Source: Chlorobiota bacterium (lineage in GTDB: Bacteria > Bacteroidota > Ignavibacteria > Kapaibacteriales > UBA2268). Taken from it: a stretch of 64,000 nt of DNA. Location: NCBI GenBank assembly GCA_041595255.1, contig JBFHKR010000001.1:1140-65139 (forward strand), given 5' to 3'. Shown here piece after piece: positions 41,537-51,953 of this stretch (within the stretch, counting starts at the first letter, position 1; every line of letters begins with the position of its first letter). The notes under the pieces were generated by a model. That model was given only the letters and a program-made list of their open reading frames with translations. It searched no databases and had not been told where the DNA came from. Position numbers and translations under genes: made by a program.

Positions 41537-42640
41537 ATGAAGAAAATCCTAGTTATTGACGATGCAGAATTTATTTTAGAAAGTACTTCAGCACTATTAG
41601 AATTTGAAGGCTACGAAGTATTAACTGCAGAGAATGGTAGTATAGGAGTAAAAAAGGCGAAAGAGTTCAAACCTGATTTAATTCTATGTGATATCTCAAT
41701 GCCTGTTATGGATGGGTTTGAAGTGCTTGATAATATAAGGTCTGATAATATAACTCATAGGATTCCTTTCATTTTTTTAACTGCTTTCAATGAAAAATCA
41801 AATATGCGTGAAGGCATGACAAAAGGTGCTGATGATTACCTTGTAAAACCTTATTCAAGAGATGAAATAGTTTCTGCTATCAATGCGCAATGGAAAAAAT
41901 ATAATGTTTTTGAAAAGCATGTAAAAAGTAAAGTTGAACAAGTAGGTAAAAGTGTTACATATGCATTACCTCATGAGTTTAGAACTGCTATAAACGAGAT
42001 AAAAGGAAATGCTGGGATAATTTATCAAGAATCGGAATCATTAAGCACTGATGAAATAAAGATGCTTTCACACGATATTGTACAGTCAGTGTCAAGGTTA
42101 TCTAAAATTACAGAAAACTACTTACTTTACATTAGATTGAATAATATTGAAGATAATGAAGAACTATTAGATGAAATCAAATTGTATAAAACGGAAGAAC
42201 CATTTGCAGTAGCTTATGATATAGTAAACAATACTGCAGCTAAATACGATAGGTTTGATGATTTCATTGTGAAAGATGAAACAATGGGTATTAGTATAAA
42301 TATGTCCTCTGAAAATTTTTATGTAATTATGAACGAACTAAGTGATAATGCATTCAAATTTTCAAATAAAGGTGATAAAGTAATAATGTCGTCTAAGATT
42401 TCTGATGAAAATCTGATAGTTGAACTTAGCGATGAAGGTATAGGAATCGAAGATAATCAAATTTCAAATATAGCTGCTCTTAATCAATTTAACAGAGAAA
42501 AAAATGAACAACAAGGTGTTGGTTTAGGTTTAATTATTGCAAAGAAAATGATTGAATTACATAATGGGAACTTTAATATATTTAGTAATGGTGTTGATAA
42601 AGGAACCAAAATAATATTGTCATTTCCAATTACTCAATAA
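41537..42640 (+). CDS. Hybrid response regulator - histidine kinase (REC + H-box + HATPase-like)
   Basis: 367 aa. REC domain (ILVIDDAEF, DLILCDISMP), an H-box-like LPHEFRTAINEI and C-terminal G-boxes (DEGIGI, GVGLGL). Confidence 0.72.
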   Translation: MKKILVIDDAEFILESTSALLEFEGYEVLTAENGSIGVKKAKEFKPDLILCDISMPVMDGFEVLDNIRSDNITHRIPFIFLTAFNEKSNMREGMTKGADDYLVKPYSRDEIVSAINAQWKKYNVFEKHVKSKVEQVGKSVTYALPHEFRTAINEIKGNAGIIYQESESLSTDEIKMLSHDIVQSVSRLSKITENYLLYIRLNNIEDNEELLDEIKLYKTEEPFAVAYDIVNNTAAKYDRFDDFIVKDETMGISINMSSENFYVIMNELSDNAFKFSNKGDKVIMSSKISDENLIVELSDEGIGIEDNQISNIAALNQFNREKNEQQGVGLGLIIAKKMIELHNGNFNIFSNGVDKGTKIILSFPITQ

Positions 42641-43356
42641 TTAAGTCCAATTCGTAAATCCAAAAACACACCACCAAAATTTGTAATAGGGTCTTCTACT
42701 TCTGCTTTTAAACTTTGTAGGCCGTTGCCTCCAAAAGGAATTGAAAGATATCTTATTTGAAATACTGAAAGAGATTTTTTCTTATTTCCAAAATCTGCCC
42801 CTATAGAAATATTAATATTTGGTCTAGTATAGTACTCACCATAACTGAAAGCATTGAAAAAACTTTTATCATAAGGAGTTGATATAACAAAAGCAAATCC
42901 AGTTCCTAGAGTGATAAAAGGTTTGAAAGTACTTATAATTTGATCATTAAAAGGAAAATATTGTATACCAAAAGAGAATGGTATTGAAAATAATCTATTT
43001 ATTTTGTGAGGTATAAATAACTCACCCGTAGTTTGATTAAATTTTTCAAGCTCATCGGATTTGCGGATTCCAGTTATAAAAAAATCTGAAACGAAAACAA
43101 ATTCTTCATTGATTTCTGCTCTCCAAAACATACCACCACCAAATCCATAAGTGGAAAAGATTAAGTCAAATCCAGTTGCTGTTGTCTTTGAATCATTAAT
43201 CTCACTTAATGTTAATAGAGGAGAGGATGGTTCAAAAATAATAACACTGTCTTTATCAAATTTACCATTGTCACCACCAGTAACTTGAGCATTTAATTTG
43301 ATATGAAAACATGAAATTATCATGAAAATTATAGAAAATAGAAGTTTTTTGCTCAT
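42634..43356 (-). CDS. Small outer-membrane beta-barrel protein (porin/OmpW-like), hypothetical
   Basis: 240 aa. Signal peptide, alternating amphipathic strands and a C-terminal aromatic end (RIGLNY). Confidence 0.45.
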   Translation of the reverse strand: MSKKLLFSIIFMIISCFHIKLNAQVTGGDNGKFDKDSVIIFEPSSPLLTLSEINDSKTTATGFDLIFSTYGFGGGMFWRAEINEEFVFVSDFFITGIRKSDELEKFNQTTGELFIPHKINRLFSIPFSFGIQYFPFNDQIISTFKPFITLGTGFAFVISTPYDKSFFNAFSYGEYYTRPNINISIGADFGNKKKSLSVFQIRYLSIPFGGNGLQSLKAEVEDPITNFGGVFLDLRIGLNY

Positions 43357-43466
43357 CTTTTACATCAATAGTTTAGAAACAATTTATTTTTCATTAATTT
43401 AGCATCTTACTCTAAAACGTTTTTTCAAAAAAAATCATTTAGATACATAGAACATAATTACAATTT

Positions 43467-44303
43467 ATGGAATTATCAAAGCTCGTAAATATATTTGAGC
43501 TGGAATTCCCTCCTAAAACAGCGTGGAGTGATGACAGCATTGGTTTACAAATTAGTAGTAGTAAATCATGGATAAAAAACGTTTATTTAACACTAGAGCT
43601 TAATGAAGATTCTATAAATGAAGCTTTATCTTGCTCTTCTGATTTGATAGTTACTTTTCATCCACTTATATTTAAGCCACTTTCCTCTATAACAACAGAT
43701 AATAGAGTTGGTAATTTGGTAGCTAAATTAATTAAAAATGATATTGCTTTATACGCGATACATACTAATTTTGATTCACATCCATTAGGTACTAGTTATG
43801 AACTATGTAAGCAACTAGGGTTAAACAAATCTGATATGCTCGTACCGGATATGAATATTGATAATTACGGTATGGGTATAATAGTTGATTTGAATGATTC
43901 TATGAAAGTAGATGATTTGATTAGTAGAATTACACAAGTGTGTCATTCTCCAATAAGATTTAATAAGAGTTCTAAAGAAGATATAAAAAGAATAGCTATA
44001 GTTGGTGGAAGCGGAAGTAGCTATATTTATGATGCTTATTACAAGAAATGTGATGCATTTATAACTGCCGATTTAAAATATCATGATTTCCATAGTATGG
44101 ATGGTAAAATGATACTAATAGATCCAGGACATTATGAAATGGAACAATTTGTTCCAAATGCTATGAAAAATATATTAAAAGATAAATTAGGGGAAGATAT
44201 AAACCTAACAACAGGGAGTGTATTGACAAATCCTGTGAATTATCATCCTCAATCAAATTATAAAGAATTACAAAAAAAATATTTAAATAATTATAAAGGT
44301 TAA
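43467..44303 (+). CDS. Nif3-family dinuclear metal centre protein (YqfO/GTP cyclohydrolase 1 type 2 homologue)
   Basis: 278 aa. NIF3-type conserved His/Glu motifs are present (VTFHPLIFKP, AIHTNFD, IDPGHYEME). Confidence 0.85.
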   Translation: MELSKLVNIFELEFPPKTAWSDDSIGLQISSSKSWIKNVYLTLELNEDSINEALSCSSDLIVTFHPLIFKPLSSITTDNRVGNLVAKLIKNDIALYAIHTNFDSHPLGTSYELCKQLGLNKSDMLVPDMNIDNYGMGIIVDLNDSMKVDDLISRITQVCHSPIRFNKSSKEDIKRIAIVGGSGSSYIYDAYYKKCDAFITADLKYHDFHSMDGKMILIDPGHYEMEQFVPNAMKNILKDKLGEDINLTTGSVLTNPVNYHPQSNYKELQKKYLNNYKG

Positions 44304-44311
44304 TAACAGTA

Positions 44312-45052
44312 ATGGAAGAATCTAAATCACAATTGCTTGCCTATTTGGCACTTATAGATAGAAATCTTGATGAATTAGAAGAAGAATTTGGTGATTTACC
44401 ACAGAAAGTTGCTGATCAAGAGAAGAAGAACACTGCTCTTAAAGCTACTGTCAAGGAAACTGAACAAATATTAGAAGAAGTCAAAGAATTTTGTTCTGTT
44501 ACTAAAGTAACTCTAGAAGACTTAAAAATAAAAGAAGAGAAATTATCTCAACAGCAATTTCAAGTAAGAAATAACAAAGAATTTGACGCAATCACTAGTG
44601 AAATTAAACATGTGAAGGAAGAGTCAAAAATGTTAACTGAAAAGTTGAGACAAGAGACAATCAAACAACAAAATCTAGAAAGAATACTAGATGAGCAAAA
44701 GGCAGACCTCATTAGTTCTAAAGAGGAATTAAAAAATACAAAGAAAGAACTAGTAGAAGTTCAAGAAGAACAAGATGAAGAAAAGGCCGAATATTTAGAA
44801 AGAAGAGAAAAGATAGTTAGTAAAATAGATGTAGCTTCTCTTGCAAAATATGATAGAGTAAGGGAGTATCACAGCGATGCTGCTGTAAGAGTAAAGAAAA
44901 ACTCTTGTTCTGGATGTTTTAGTTCTATTCCCCCTCAGTTAATAGTAGAAATGAGAAGCGATGAAGATGTTTTATTTACTTGTGAGAATTGTGCTCGGAT
45001 ATTAATTCCTGAAGAAATTGAAGTAAATGAAGCAGATGTAGAAACGATATAA
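44312..45052 (+). CDS. C4-type zinc-ribbon/coiled-coil protein (COG1579 family, classical Nif3 neighbour)
   Basis: 246 aa. Long coiled coil plus a C-terminal CxxC...CxxC (CSGC...CENC). The Nif3 pairing is conserved. Confidence 0.75.
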   Translation: MEESKSQLLAYLALIDRNLDELEEEFGDLPQKVADQEKKNTALKATVKETEQILEEVKEFCSVTKVTLEDLKIKEEKLSQQQFQVRNNKEFDAITSEIKHVKEESKMLTEKLRQETIKQQNLERILDEQKADLISSKEELKNTKKELVEVQEEQDEEKAEYLERREKIVSKIDVASLAKYDRVREYHSDAAVRVKKNSCSGCFSSIPPQLIVEMRSDEDVLFTCENCARILIPEEIEVNEADVETI

Positions 45053-45063
45053 TTCATTAAAAA

Positions 45064-45440
45064 CTAAAATACGGGTAATCGCTATAATATTTTATAGAGG
45101 AAAGTCCGAACTCCATAGAACAGTACACTTCCTAACGGGAAGAGCTACTTGTAAAAGTAGTATGGAAAGTGCAACAGAAAGTAAACCGCTCACTTAGGTG
45201 GGTAAGGGTGAAAGGGTGGGGTAAGAGCCCACCGCAATTTGGGTGACTAAATTGGCATGGTAAACCCTGTACGGAGCAAGGTTAAATAAGAGTATGATTT
45301 CAAGCTGTTCGTTTGAGTTGTCTTTTGGGACATGCATACTTGGGTAAACCGCAAGAGATACTTGGTGACAAGTGTCCTAGATAAATGATTACCTCCTCGG
45401 ATTAATATCGAGAAGACAGGATTCGGCTTATAGTATTTTA
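45064..45440 (+). ncRNA. rnpB: RNase P RNA, bacterial type A
   Basis: P4 GAGGAAAGTCCGAACTCC; conserved AGGGTGAAAGGGTGGGGTAAGAGCCCACC; 3' P4 strand ACAGGATTCGGCTTAT. The P1 stem is aaaatac/gtatttt. Length is about 375 nt. Confidence 0.9.
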
Positions 45441-45490
45441 GTTAATTTTTTATTATATTGACATTTATTAAACTAAACAATCTTTTAATT

Positions 45491-45793
45491 ATGCAACTAC
45501 CAAATGACCCGTTTGTATTAGAACTTCTACCAGAATTTATAGAAGATTGGTTAACAAAACTTGATACTGAATATATTGAGTATAGAACTAATAAAGATTT
45601 AGAATCTATGTATAGATTAGCCCATACTATGAAAGGTTCGTCTTATCAGTTTGGTTTTGCTGAACTTGGTGATATTGGTATAGATATGATGGCTCAAGTC
45701 AAAAGCAATGATTGGGAAGGTTTAGAACAAAATAAAGAGAAATTTCGTACTATTCTACTAGAAATCCAAGATTATTTATCACAAAATTCTTAA
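45491..45793 (+). CDS. Histidine phosphotransfer (Hpt) domain protein
   Basis: About 100 aa from ATG 45491. The track ORF uses TTG at 45458. The Hpt signature HTMKGSS (HxxKG) is present in a four-helix-like context. Confidence 0.6.
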   Translation: MQLPNDPFVLELLPEFIEDWLTKLDTEYIEYRTNKDLESMYRLAHTMKGSSYQFGFAELGDIGIDMMAQVKSNDWEGLEQNKEKFRTILLEIQDYLSQNS

Positions 45794-45799
45794 AAAAAT

Positions 45800-46282
45800 A
45801 TGAAAAAGATTCTACTAATTTTTTGTTTATTATTCTTCTCTTCGGTATTATACTCACAAACTAGAGTTGCTGTATTACCATTTCAGAATATGGATGGGAA
45901 TATTGATTATAATATACTTTGTTATGACCTACAAGAGTCTCTTACTGCTGCACTAATCGAAGCAGATGATAGTGGGGAAGAGTACTATATTGTGCCTGCA
46001 GATTCAGTTGAGATTGTCCTTTCTGAACTTAATTTGGACCCTTCTAATCCACAATACAAATCTGATTTATGGAAAGCTGTACAATTATTAAATATTAAAA
46101 AAGTTGTACTTGGAACGTTTAACAAACAAAGTGATAAGTTTCTAATGAATACCTACATCTATGATGTTAAAATGAGAATGGCATATCCTAATAATCAAGC
46201 AAAAGATATATTTAAAACTCATGAACAAATATTAGAAGCTATTCCAGAAATAGTGGAAGCAATAAAACCTGGATTAAAATAA
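45800..46282 (+). CDS. Hypothetical secreted protein (VAVLPFxN-type N-terminal motif)
   Basis: 160 aa. Signal peptide. The RVAVLPFQN motif is seen in LpoB/CsgG-like and TolB-N-like periplasmic domains. Confidence 0.4.
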   Translation: MKKILLIFCLLFFSSVLYSQTRVAVLPFQNMDGNIDYNILCYDLQESLTAALIEADDSGEEYYIVPADSVEIVLSELNLDPSNPQYKSDLWKAVQLLNIKKVVLGTFNKQSDKFLMNTYIYDVKMRMAYPNNQAKDIFKTHEQILEAIPEIVEAIKPGLK

Positions 46283-47296
46283 TCCATTTTCATTTTCGGA
46301 ATTTTTTGTTTTATTAAAGTATTTATAAGTACTTGAAGTAACCTTTCTACCTTTTGGGGTAATTTGAAGAAAACCTTGTTGTATAAGAAAAGGTTCATAT
46401 ACTTCTTCTATAGTACCCGGTTCTTCTCCTACCGCAGCTGATAAGGTATTCAAACCTACAGGTCCACCATTATACTTTTCAATTATTGTCAGAAGTATCC
46501 TTTTATCCATATCATCCAGACCTAATTTATCTACTTCTAATGCTTCTAAAGTCATGTTTGCAATAAATTGACTTATTACACCATCACCTTTGATTTGAGC
46601 AAAATCTCGACTCCTTCGTAATAATCTATTAGCAATCCTAGGGGTTCCTCTAGAACGAGAAGCTATTTCAGTAGCGCCTTGTTCGTCAATATCAGTATTT
46701 AGTATATCTGCAGATCTTCTAACTACATTTATCAAATCAGCAGTATTATAATAATCTAATCTAAATAATAACCCAAATCTTGAACGAAGTGGAGCCGTTA
46801 ATAATCCTGCTCTAGTTGTAGCACCAATTAAAGTAAAATTAGGAATTTTTATTTGGATTGTTCTAGCTGATGGACCACTATCAATCATTATGTCCAAAGT
46901 ATAATCCTCCATAGCTGAATAGAGATATTCTTCAACTACAGTAGATAACCTATGAATTTCATCAATAAATAGAACGTCACCTTCTTCTAAGTTAGTTAAA
47001 ATACCAGCTAAATCACCAGGTTTCTCTAATACAGGTCCAGATGTTGTTTTTATTTGGCTTCCCATCTCATTTGCTATTATATAACTTAAAGTTGTTTTTC
47101 CAAGACCTGGAGGCCCCATTAGCAATACATGATCAAGTGACTCCTTTCTCTTTCTAGCAGCCTCTATAAATATTTTAAGGTTACTAACAAGATTCTTTTG
47201 ACCAGTAAATTCACTAAAAGCTTTTGGTCGTAAAGCAAATTCATTAGCTTCATTATTATTTGAATCAGGATTTAATATATTTTCTATATCATTCAT
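46274..47296 (-). CDS. ruvB: Holliday junction branch-migration ATPase RuvB
   Basis: 340 aa. Walker [10 protein letters not shown], Walker B DEIHRL, sensor and winged-helix C-terminus. Confidence 0.95.
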   Translation of the reverse strand: MNDIENILNPDSNNNEANEFALRPKAFSEFTGQKNLVSNLKIFIEAARKRKESLDHVLLMGPPGLGKTTLSYIIANEMGSQIKTTSGPVLEKPGDLAGILTNLEEGDVLFIDEIHRLSTVVEEYLYSAMEDYTLDIMIDSGPSARTIQIKIPNFTLIGATTRAGLLTAPLRSRFGLLFRLDYYNTADLINVVRRSADILNTDIDEQGATEIASRSRGTPRIANRLLRRSRDFAQIKGDGVISQFIANMTLEALEVDKLGLDDMDKRILLTIIEKYNGGPVGLNTLSAAVGEEPGTIEEVYEPFLIQQGFLQITPKGRKVTSSTYKYFNKTKNSENENGLF

Positions 47297-48284
47297 TTAA
47301 ACTTCTGAAAATGTGAATAGGACAATTCCTTTTGTTAATATCTAAGCACTTACCATCACATGCTTTAGCGTAAACTCTTGGCACAGCGTTAGGATTAATT
47401 TCAATTATTTCTTTAGATATTTTTTTCTCCAAACTGTCCTTGTATTCCATACTTTCATCAAATGGTAATATTATATCAAGTTCTATAAAAATATCTTTTC
47501 CTGATTGCCTTGTATGTATTGCTTTGAATTCACAAATATTAGTATGATTTTTTGTTACAACGCTTAGGAATCTCATTTGAACTTCATCTGGTATAGTTCT
47601 ATCAAGTAATTGATTCAATGCATCTTTTGAGCCTTTCAATGGAACAACTAAAGCAAATATTGTTAAGGTAATAGCAACCCCAGAGTCAACCATTAAACCA
47701 ATGTATCGTAAACCGAAGTGTTGTAAGCCTAAACCTACTAACAAATTTATTAGTACAAATAATTCAATATAACTATCATATTTCCATAGACTAGCATCAT
47801 ACTCTAGTATTGGCATTCCATACTTTTTTGATGATTTCTTTTGAATCCTATATACTAATCTCATTAATAAAAATGATATTGAGGAAAATACCATTAGTAT
47901 AAAATAATTACTTTCACCTACATCAGTTTTACCAAAATTTGTTACTGCTTCTATACTAGTATAGCCCAATACGAGTAATAATAAAATCGAAGATGCTAAT
48001 ATTGAAATACTCTCATATTTTCCATAACCATAGTTAAAAATATAATCAGGATTACGTACACTCATATTAACAGCATTTAGAAATAAAAATGAGTTAAGTA
48101 TATCGAGTGCAGAAATTATTCCATTAGTCTTAACGGCCAAAGAATCTTCTACTACTCCTAAAATAATCCCAAATATTGAAATAAATATAGTAAGTAATAG
48201 TGATATTCGAGTAGTAAAAACAGGGGAGTCAGTTCTAAACCAACTTTTTATTCTCGTATTTAAATTAAAGTGTTGCCTTTCCAT
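47289..48284 (-). CDS. Cation diffusion facilitator (CDF) family metal efflux transporter
   Basis: 331 aa. Six TM helices with His/Asp metal-site residues (HxxxD-like in TM2/TM5) and a cytoplasmic C-terminal domain. It overlaps ruvB by 8 nt. Confidence 0.75.
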   Translation of the reverse strand: MERQHFNLNTRIKSWFRTDSPVFTTRISLLLTIFISIFGIILGVVEDSLAVKTNGIISALDILNSFLFLNAVNMSVRNPDYIFNYGYGKYESISILASSILLLLVLGYTSIEAVTNFGKTDVGESNYFILMVFSSISFLLMRLVYRIQKKSSKKYGMPILEYDASLWKYDSYIELFVLINLLVGLGLQHFGLRYIGLMVDSGVAITLTIFALVVPLKGSKDALNQLLDRTIPDEVQMRFLSVVTKNHTNICEFKAIHTRQSGKDIFIELDIILPFDESMEYKDSLEKKISKEIIEINPNAVPRVYAKACDGKCLDINKRNCPIHIFRSLNE

Positions 48285-48297
48285 TGGGCAAATATAG

Positions 48298-48759
48298 TTA
48301 ATTAAGGACTACTTCTGATTCAGAAATGTAAATTTCTCTAATATTTTCAGAATTTTCATCAGGGATGATCTTTACTATAAAAGCAGGTTTGGTTAAATGG
48401 GTCTCTGCTTTTTCTGCCCATTCGATTAATTTAATAGAATTTTCTTCATACAAACACTCGTCAAAACCAATTTCATTTAATTCTTTGTTTTGTTCTATTC
48501 TATATAAATCTATGTGATAAATAGGAACTTCGTGATTTTTATATTCTCCTATATATTTATTCATAATAGTAAAAGTAGGAGAAGTAACCAAATCTTCAAC
48601 ATTGAAAAATTGGCAAATACCTTTGATAAACTCTGTTTTACCAGAGCCCAAATCACCATAAAGAAACACTATATCACCAAGGTTCAGCCCTTTTGCAAAC
48701 TTACTTCCAAGCTCTATTGTTTCTTCTTCGCTAGTTGTTGTGTATTTTGTTTCAAGCAT
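48298..48759 (-). CDS. tsaE: tRNA threonylcarbamoyladenosine biosynthesis protein TsaE
   Basis: 153 aa. P-loop GDLGSGKTEF, a SPTFT motif and the HxDLYR motif. Confidence 0.85.
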   Translation of the reverse strand: MLETKYTTTSEEETIELGSKFAKGLNLGDIVFLYGDLGSGKTEFIKGICQFFNVEDLVTSPTFTIMNKYIGEYKNHEVPIYHIDLYRIEQNKELNEIGFDECLYEENSIKLIEWAEKAETHLTKPAFIVKIIPDENSENIREIYISESEVVLN

Positions 48760-48796
48760 AACAACAAAATTAACAAAGAATATTCAAATTAAAAAA

Positions 48797-50371
48797 TTAT
48801 CTACTTTTTAGTTTTATTACAGGTATTATCATTTCTTCCATAGAAATACCTCCATGCTGAAAACTATCTCTGTACTTATTCAAATAATGATGATAATCAG
48901 TAGGATATACGAAGTAATAATCTTCCTTGGCTATTATGTTATTAACAGTTATTCCGGCTTTCGGAACTTTGATATCTTCAGGGTTACTTATTTGCATAGC
49001 CGTTTTCGGGTCTGCTTTTACATTTTTACCAAATTTATACCTAAGTGATGTTGAAGTATCTTTATCCCCTAAGACTTTTACACCTCTAAGACATCTAATT
49101 GAACCATGATCCGTAGTTATTATTATTTTTGCATCTTTTACATTAGATAGTTGTTTCAACATACCAAGAAAACTTGAATGTCTAAACCATGAACTAGTTA
49201 GAGACCTATAAGCCGATTCGTCCGGTGCTATTTCTTTAAGAATTGCATAATCAGACCTTGAGTGTGCAATCATATCTACTGCATTTAATACTATAGCAGT
49301 CAAATCATTATTGGCAAACTTTAATATATCTTTTTCAACCCTTTTACCGTAGTCAGTGTCAAAAATCTTTATATATACTGGGTCATTTTTTAGTTTAATT
49401 CTTCTTCTTTGAAGCCAAGATTGCATCAGCTCCTTTTCAAATTTGTTTTGCGTATGTTCTTCACTGTTAACTTCAACTTGCCAATACTGTGGATAATATT
49501 TCTTTATATCAGAAGGGAAAAGTCCTGCAAATAAAGAGTTTCTACAATATGGCGTTGCAGTAGGTAATATAGAGCAATAAAAATTAGTATCAAAAGTATA
49601 ATATTGTCTTAGAACTTCCTCAAATAATAACCATTGATCATATCTCATACAATCTACAACGAATAAAAATGTGGGTCCATCTTTCTCAATTTCTTCCCAT
49701 AAATATGCATCTAAAATATCTGGAGAGAATAAAGGCAGATCTTCCTTTTCTTCACTATTTATCCAAGACACATAATTATCTTCAACAAATCTTGAGAATG
49801 CTGTATTAGAATCACTCCACTGGTCGTTTAAAGTTTCTTTTAGTCCAGAATCAGGATGTTTATCTAATTCGAATGACCATTGAACTAATTTCTTATATAT
49901 ATCTACCCAGTCATTCCAAACCATAGGTCCCATAAGTTGTCTACTAACTTGTGAAAATCCTCTCATATAATCTTGTGTGAATTTCTCAGTCTCTATTCTT
50001 TCAGTCTCTAAGAATTTTTTACATGCTAATAGTATTTGAGCAGGGTTTACTGGTTTAGTAAGGTAGTCATCTATCTTTAGACCAATAGCTTCTTCCATTA
50101 CACTTTCAGCTTCATTCTTGGTAACCATTACGACTGCAGATGCAGCACTTAGTCTTTTAAGTTCAGGCAAAGTATCCAATCCTGACATCCCAACCATATT
50201 CTCATCTAAAAAAATCAAGTCATAGTGTTTAGATTTTACTAACTCAATGGCATCTTCTCCATTAGTTGCTTTATCAACATCATAACCTCTTTTTTCAAGT
50301 AAGATTATATGTGGTTTTAGTACTTCTATTTCATCATCTATCCAGAGGATATTGCCTTTACTTGTCATCAA
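48797..50371 (-). CDS. porX: PorX-like response regulator (REC + PglZ/alkaline-phosphatase-like effector domain)
   Basis: 524 aa. N-terminal REC (NILWIDDEIEVLKPHIILLEKRGY, DLIFLDENM), then a large PglZ-like domain. Length and architecture match the PorX family of Bacteroidota. Confidence 0.78.
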   Translation of the reverse strand: MMTSKGNILWIDDEIEVLKPHIILLEKRGYDVDKATNGEDAIELVKSKHYDLIFLDENMVGMSGLDTLPELKRLSAASAVVMVTKNEAESVMEEAIGLKIDDYLTKPVNPAQILLACKKFLETERIETEKFTQDYMRGFSQVSRQLMGPMVWNDWVDIYKKLVQWSFELDKHPDSGLKETLNDQWSDSNTAFSRFVEDNYVSWINSEEKEDLPLFSPDILDAYLWEEIEKDGPTFLFVVDCMRYDQWLLFEEVLRQYYTFDTNFYCSILPTATPYCRNSLFAGLFPSDIKKYYPQYWQVEVNSEEHTQNKFEKELMQSWLQRRRIKLKNDPVYIKIFDTDYGKRVEKDILKFANNDLTAIVLNAVDMIAHSRSDYAILKEIAPDESAYRSLTSSWFRHSSFLGMLKQLSNVKDAKIIITTDHGSIRCLRGVKVLGDKDTSTSLRYKFGKNVKADPKTAMQISNPEDIKVPKAGITVNNIIAKEDYYFVYPTDYHHYLNKYRDSFQHGGISMEEMIIPVIKLKSR

Positions 50372-50573
50372 TTCTCCATTTTTTGCATTTTAATTATCTT
50401 AAATTATGCTTTATTTCTGTAATCTATATTCTATCTTACGAATATTTTAAATAAATGCTACACTTTAGCATAACTTTTATATGAAATACATTATTATATT
50501 AAAATAATCGCTTCAATTTTTTGAAATTAAAACCGTCTATAGTTAAAGTATTAGTAACGTATTTAGTGTAGTT

Positions 50574-51884
50574 ATGAATTTTGATAATTTTACAATTAAG
50601 TCACAAGAAGCAATTAATACAGCTTCACAAATCGCAAAAAGCTTTAATAATCAAGCTATTGAACCTGCACATCTTTTTGCTGCTCTTGTTCAAGATAATG
50701 AAGGAATTGTTTCTAGTATAATTGGACGTATTACAAGTCAAATAGATATTATTAAAATAAAAATTACCAATTTAATTGAGAAGTATCCGAAAGTTACTAA
50801 TATTGAAACTGAGAATTTTATTTCTAATGATTTGAGAAAAGTATTTTCTATATCAGAATCAGAAGCTAAAGTTCTAAAAGATGAATTTATCAGTTCTGAA
50901 CATCTATTTCTTGGAATTATAGAGACAAATAATTCAGTTTCTGAACTACTAAAAAATTATAATATAAATAAACAAGAAGTATATAAAATTATGAAAGATA
51001 TAAGAGGAACACATTCTGCTTCGGATAAAAATGCAGAAGACAGATATGACTCATTAAATAAGTACGGTCGTAATTTAAATCAAGAGGCTCAGAAAGGTAA
51101 AATAGACCCTGTTATAGGCAGAGATAGTGAAATTAGAAGAGTTTTACAAGTGTTAGCAAGAAGAACTAAAAATAATCCATTACTAATAGGTGAACCAGGT
51201 GTAGGGAAGACTGCAATAGTAGAGGGAATAGCACAAAGAATAGTAGCGGGAGATGTACCTGATGGACTAAAAGATAAAACTTTAATTTCTCTTGATATGG
51301 GAACATTAGTTGCTGGTACAAGTTATAGAGGTCAGTTTGAGGAAAGATTAAAAGCGATTATTAAAGAAGTAACTGATTCAAATGGGGAAATTTTTCTATT
51401 TATAGATGAAATACACACTTTAATTGGAGCTGGAGCCACATCTGGGAGTATGGATGCCGCGAATATACTAAAACCTGCTTTGGCTAGGGGAGAGTTGAGA
51501 TTGATAGGTGCAACAACTTTAGATGAATATCAAAAACACATAGAAAAAGACGCAGCATTAGAAAGAAGATTCCAACAAGTATTAGTAGATGAACCAACAG
51601 TTGAAGATACAATCTCGATACTTAGAGGTTTAAAAGAGAAATATGAAGTACATCATGGGGTGAAAATAACAGATAAAGCAATAGTATCAGCAGCAGAGCT
51701 TTCTAATAGATATATAACCGAAAGATTTCTACCTGATAAGGCCATTGATCTTATAGATGAAGCTGCAGCAAGATTAAGAATTGACATGGATTCAATGCCA
51801 CAGGAGTTGGATGAGATAGAACGAAAAATTCGCCAATTAGAAATAGAAAAGCAAGCTTTACTTAATGAACTAAAAAATAATTAA
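50574..51884 (+). CDS. clpB: ClpB-like AAA+ chaperone, C-terminally truncated (N-domain + NBD1 only; possible pseudogene/fragment)
   Basis: 436 aa. Clp N repeats, Walker [10 protein letters not shown], Walker B FIDEIHTL, then the first M-domain helix ([26 protein letters not shown]) and a stop. The rest of the M-domain and NBD2 (about 420 aa in full ClpB) are absent, and no other frame continues. Confidence 0.7.
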   Translation: MNFDNFTIKSQEAINTASQIAKSFNNQAIEPAHLFAALVQDNEGIVSSIIGRITSQIDIIKIKITNLIEKYPKVTNIETENFISNDLRKVFSISESEAKVLKDEFISSEHLFLGIIETNNSVSELLKNYNINKQEVYKIMKDIRGTHSASDKNAEDRYDSLNKYGRNLNQEAQKGKIDPVIGRDSEIRRVLQVLARRTKNNPLLIGEPGVGKTAIVEGIAQRIVAGDVPDGLKDKTLISLDMGTLVAGTSYRGQFEERLKAIIKEVTDSNGEIFLFIDEIHTLIGAGATSGSMDAANILKPALARGELRLIGATTLDEYQKHIEKDAALERRFQQVLVDEPTVEDTISILRGLKEKYEVHHGVKITDKAIVSAAELSNRYITERFLPDKAIDLIDEAAARLRIDMDSMPQELDEIERKIRQLEIEKQALLNELKNN

Positions 51885-51953
51885 ATAAATTATTTTTATT
51901 GTCATTTATTATTCTATACTTTAGAGTAATATAAAAAATGATTGCAATAAAAA

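Noticed and set aside
50372-50573. Looked for a CIRCE/HrcA-type heat-shock operator upstream of clpB
   Set aside because: No TTAGCACTC-N9-GAGTGCTAA-like inverted repeat is present, only AT-rich sequence.
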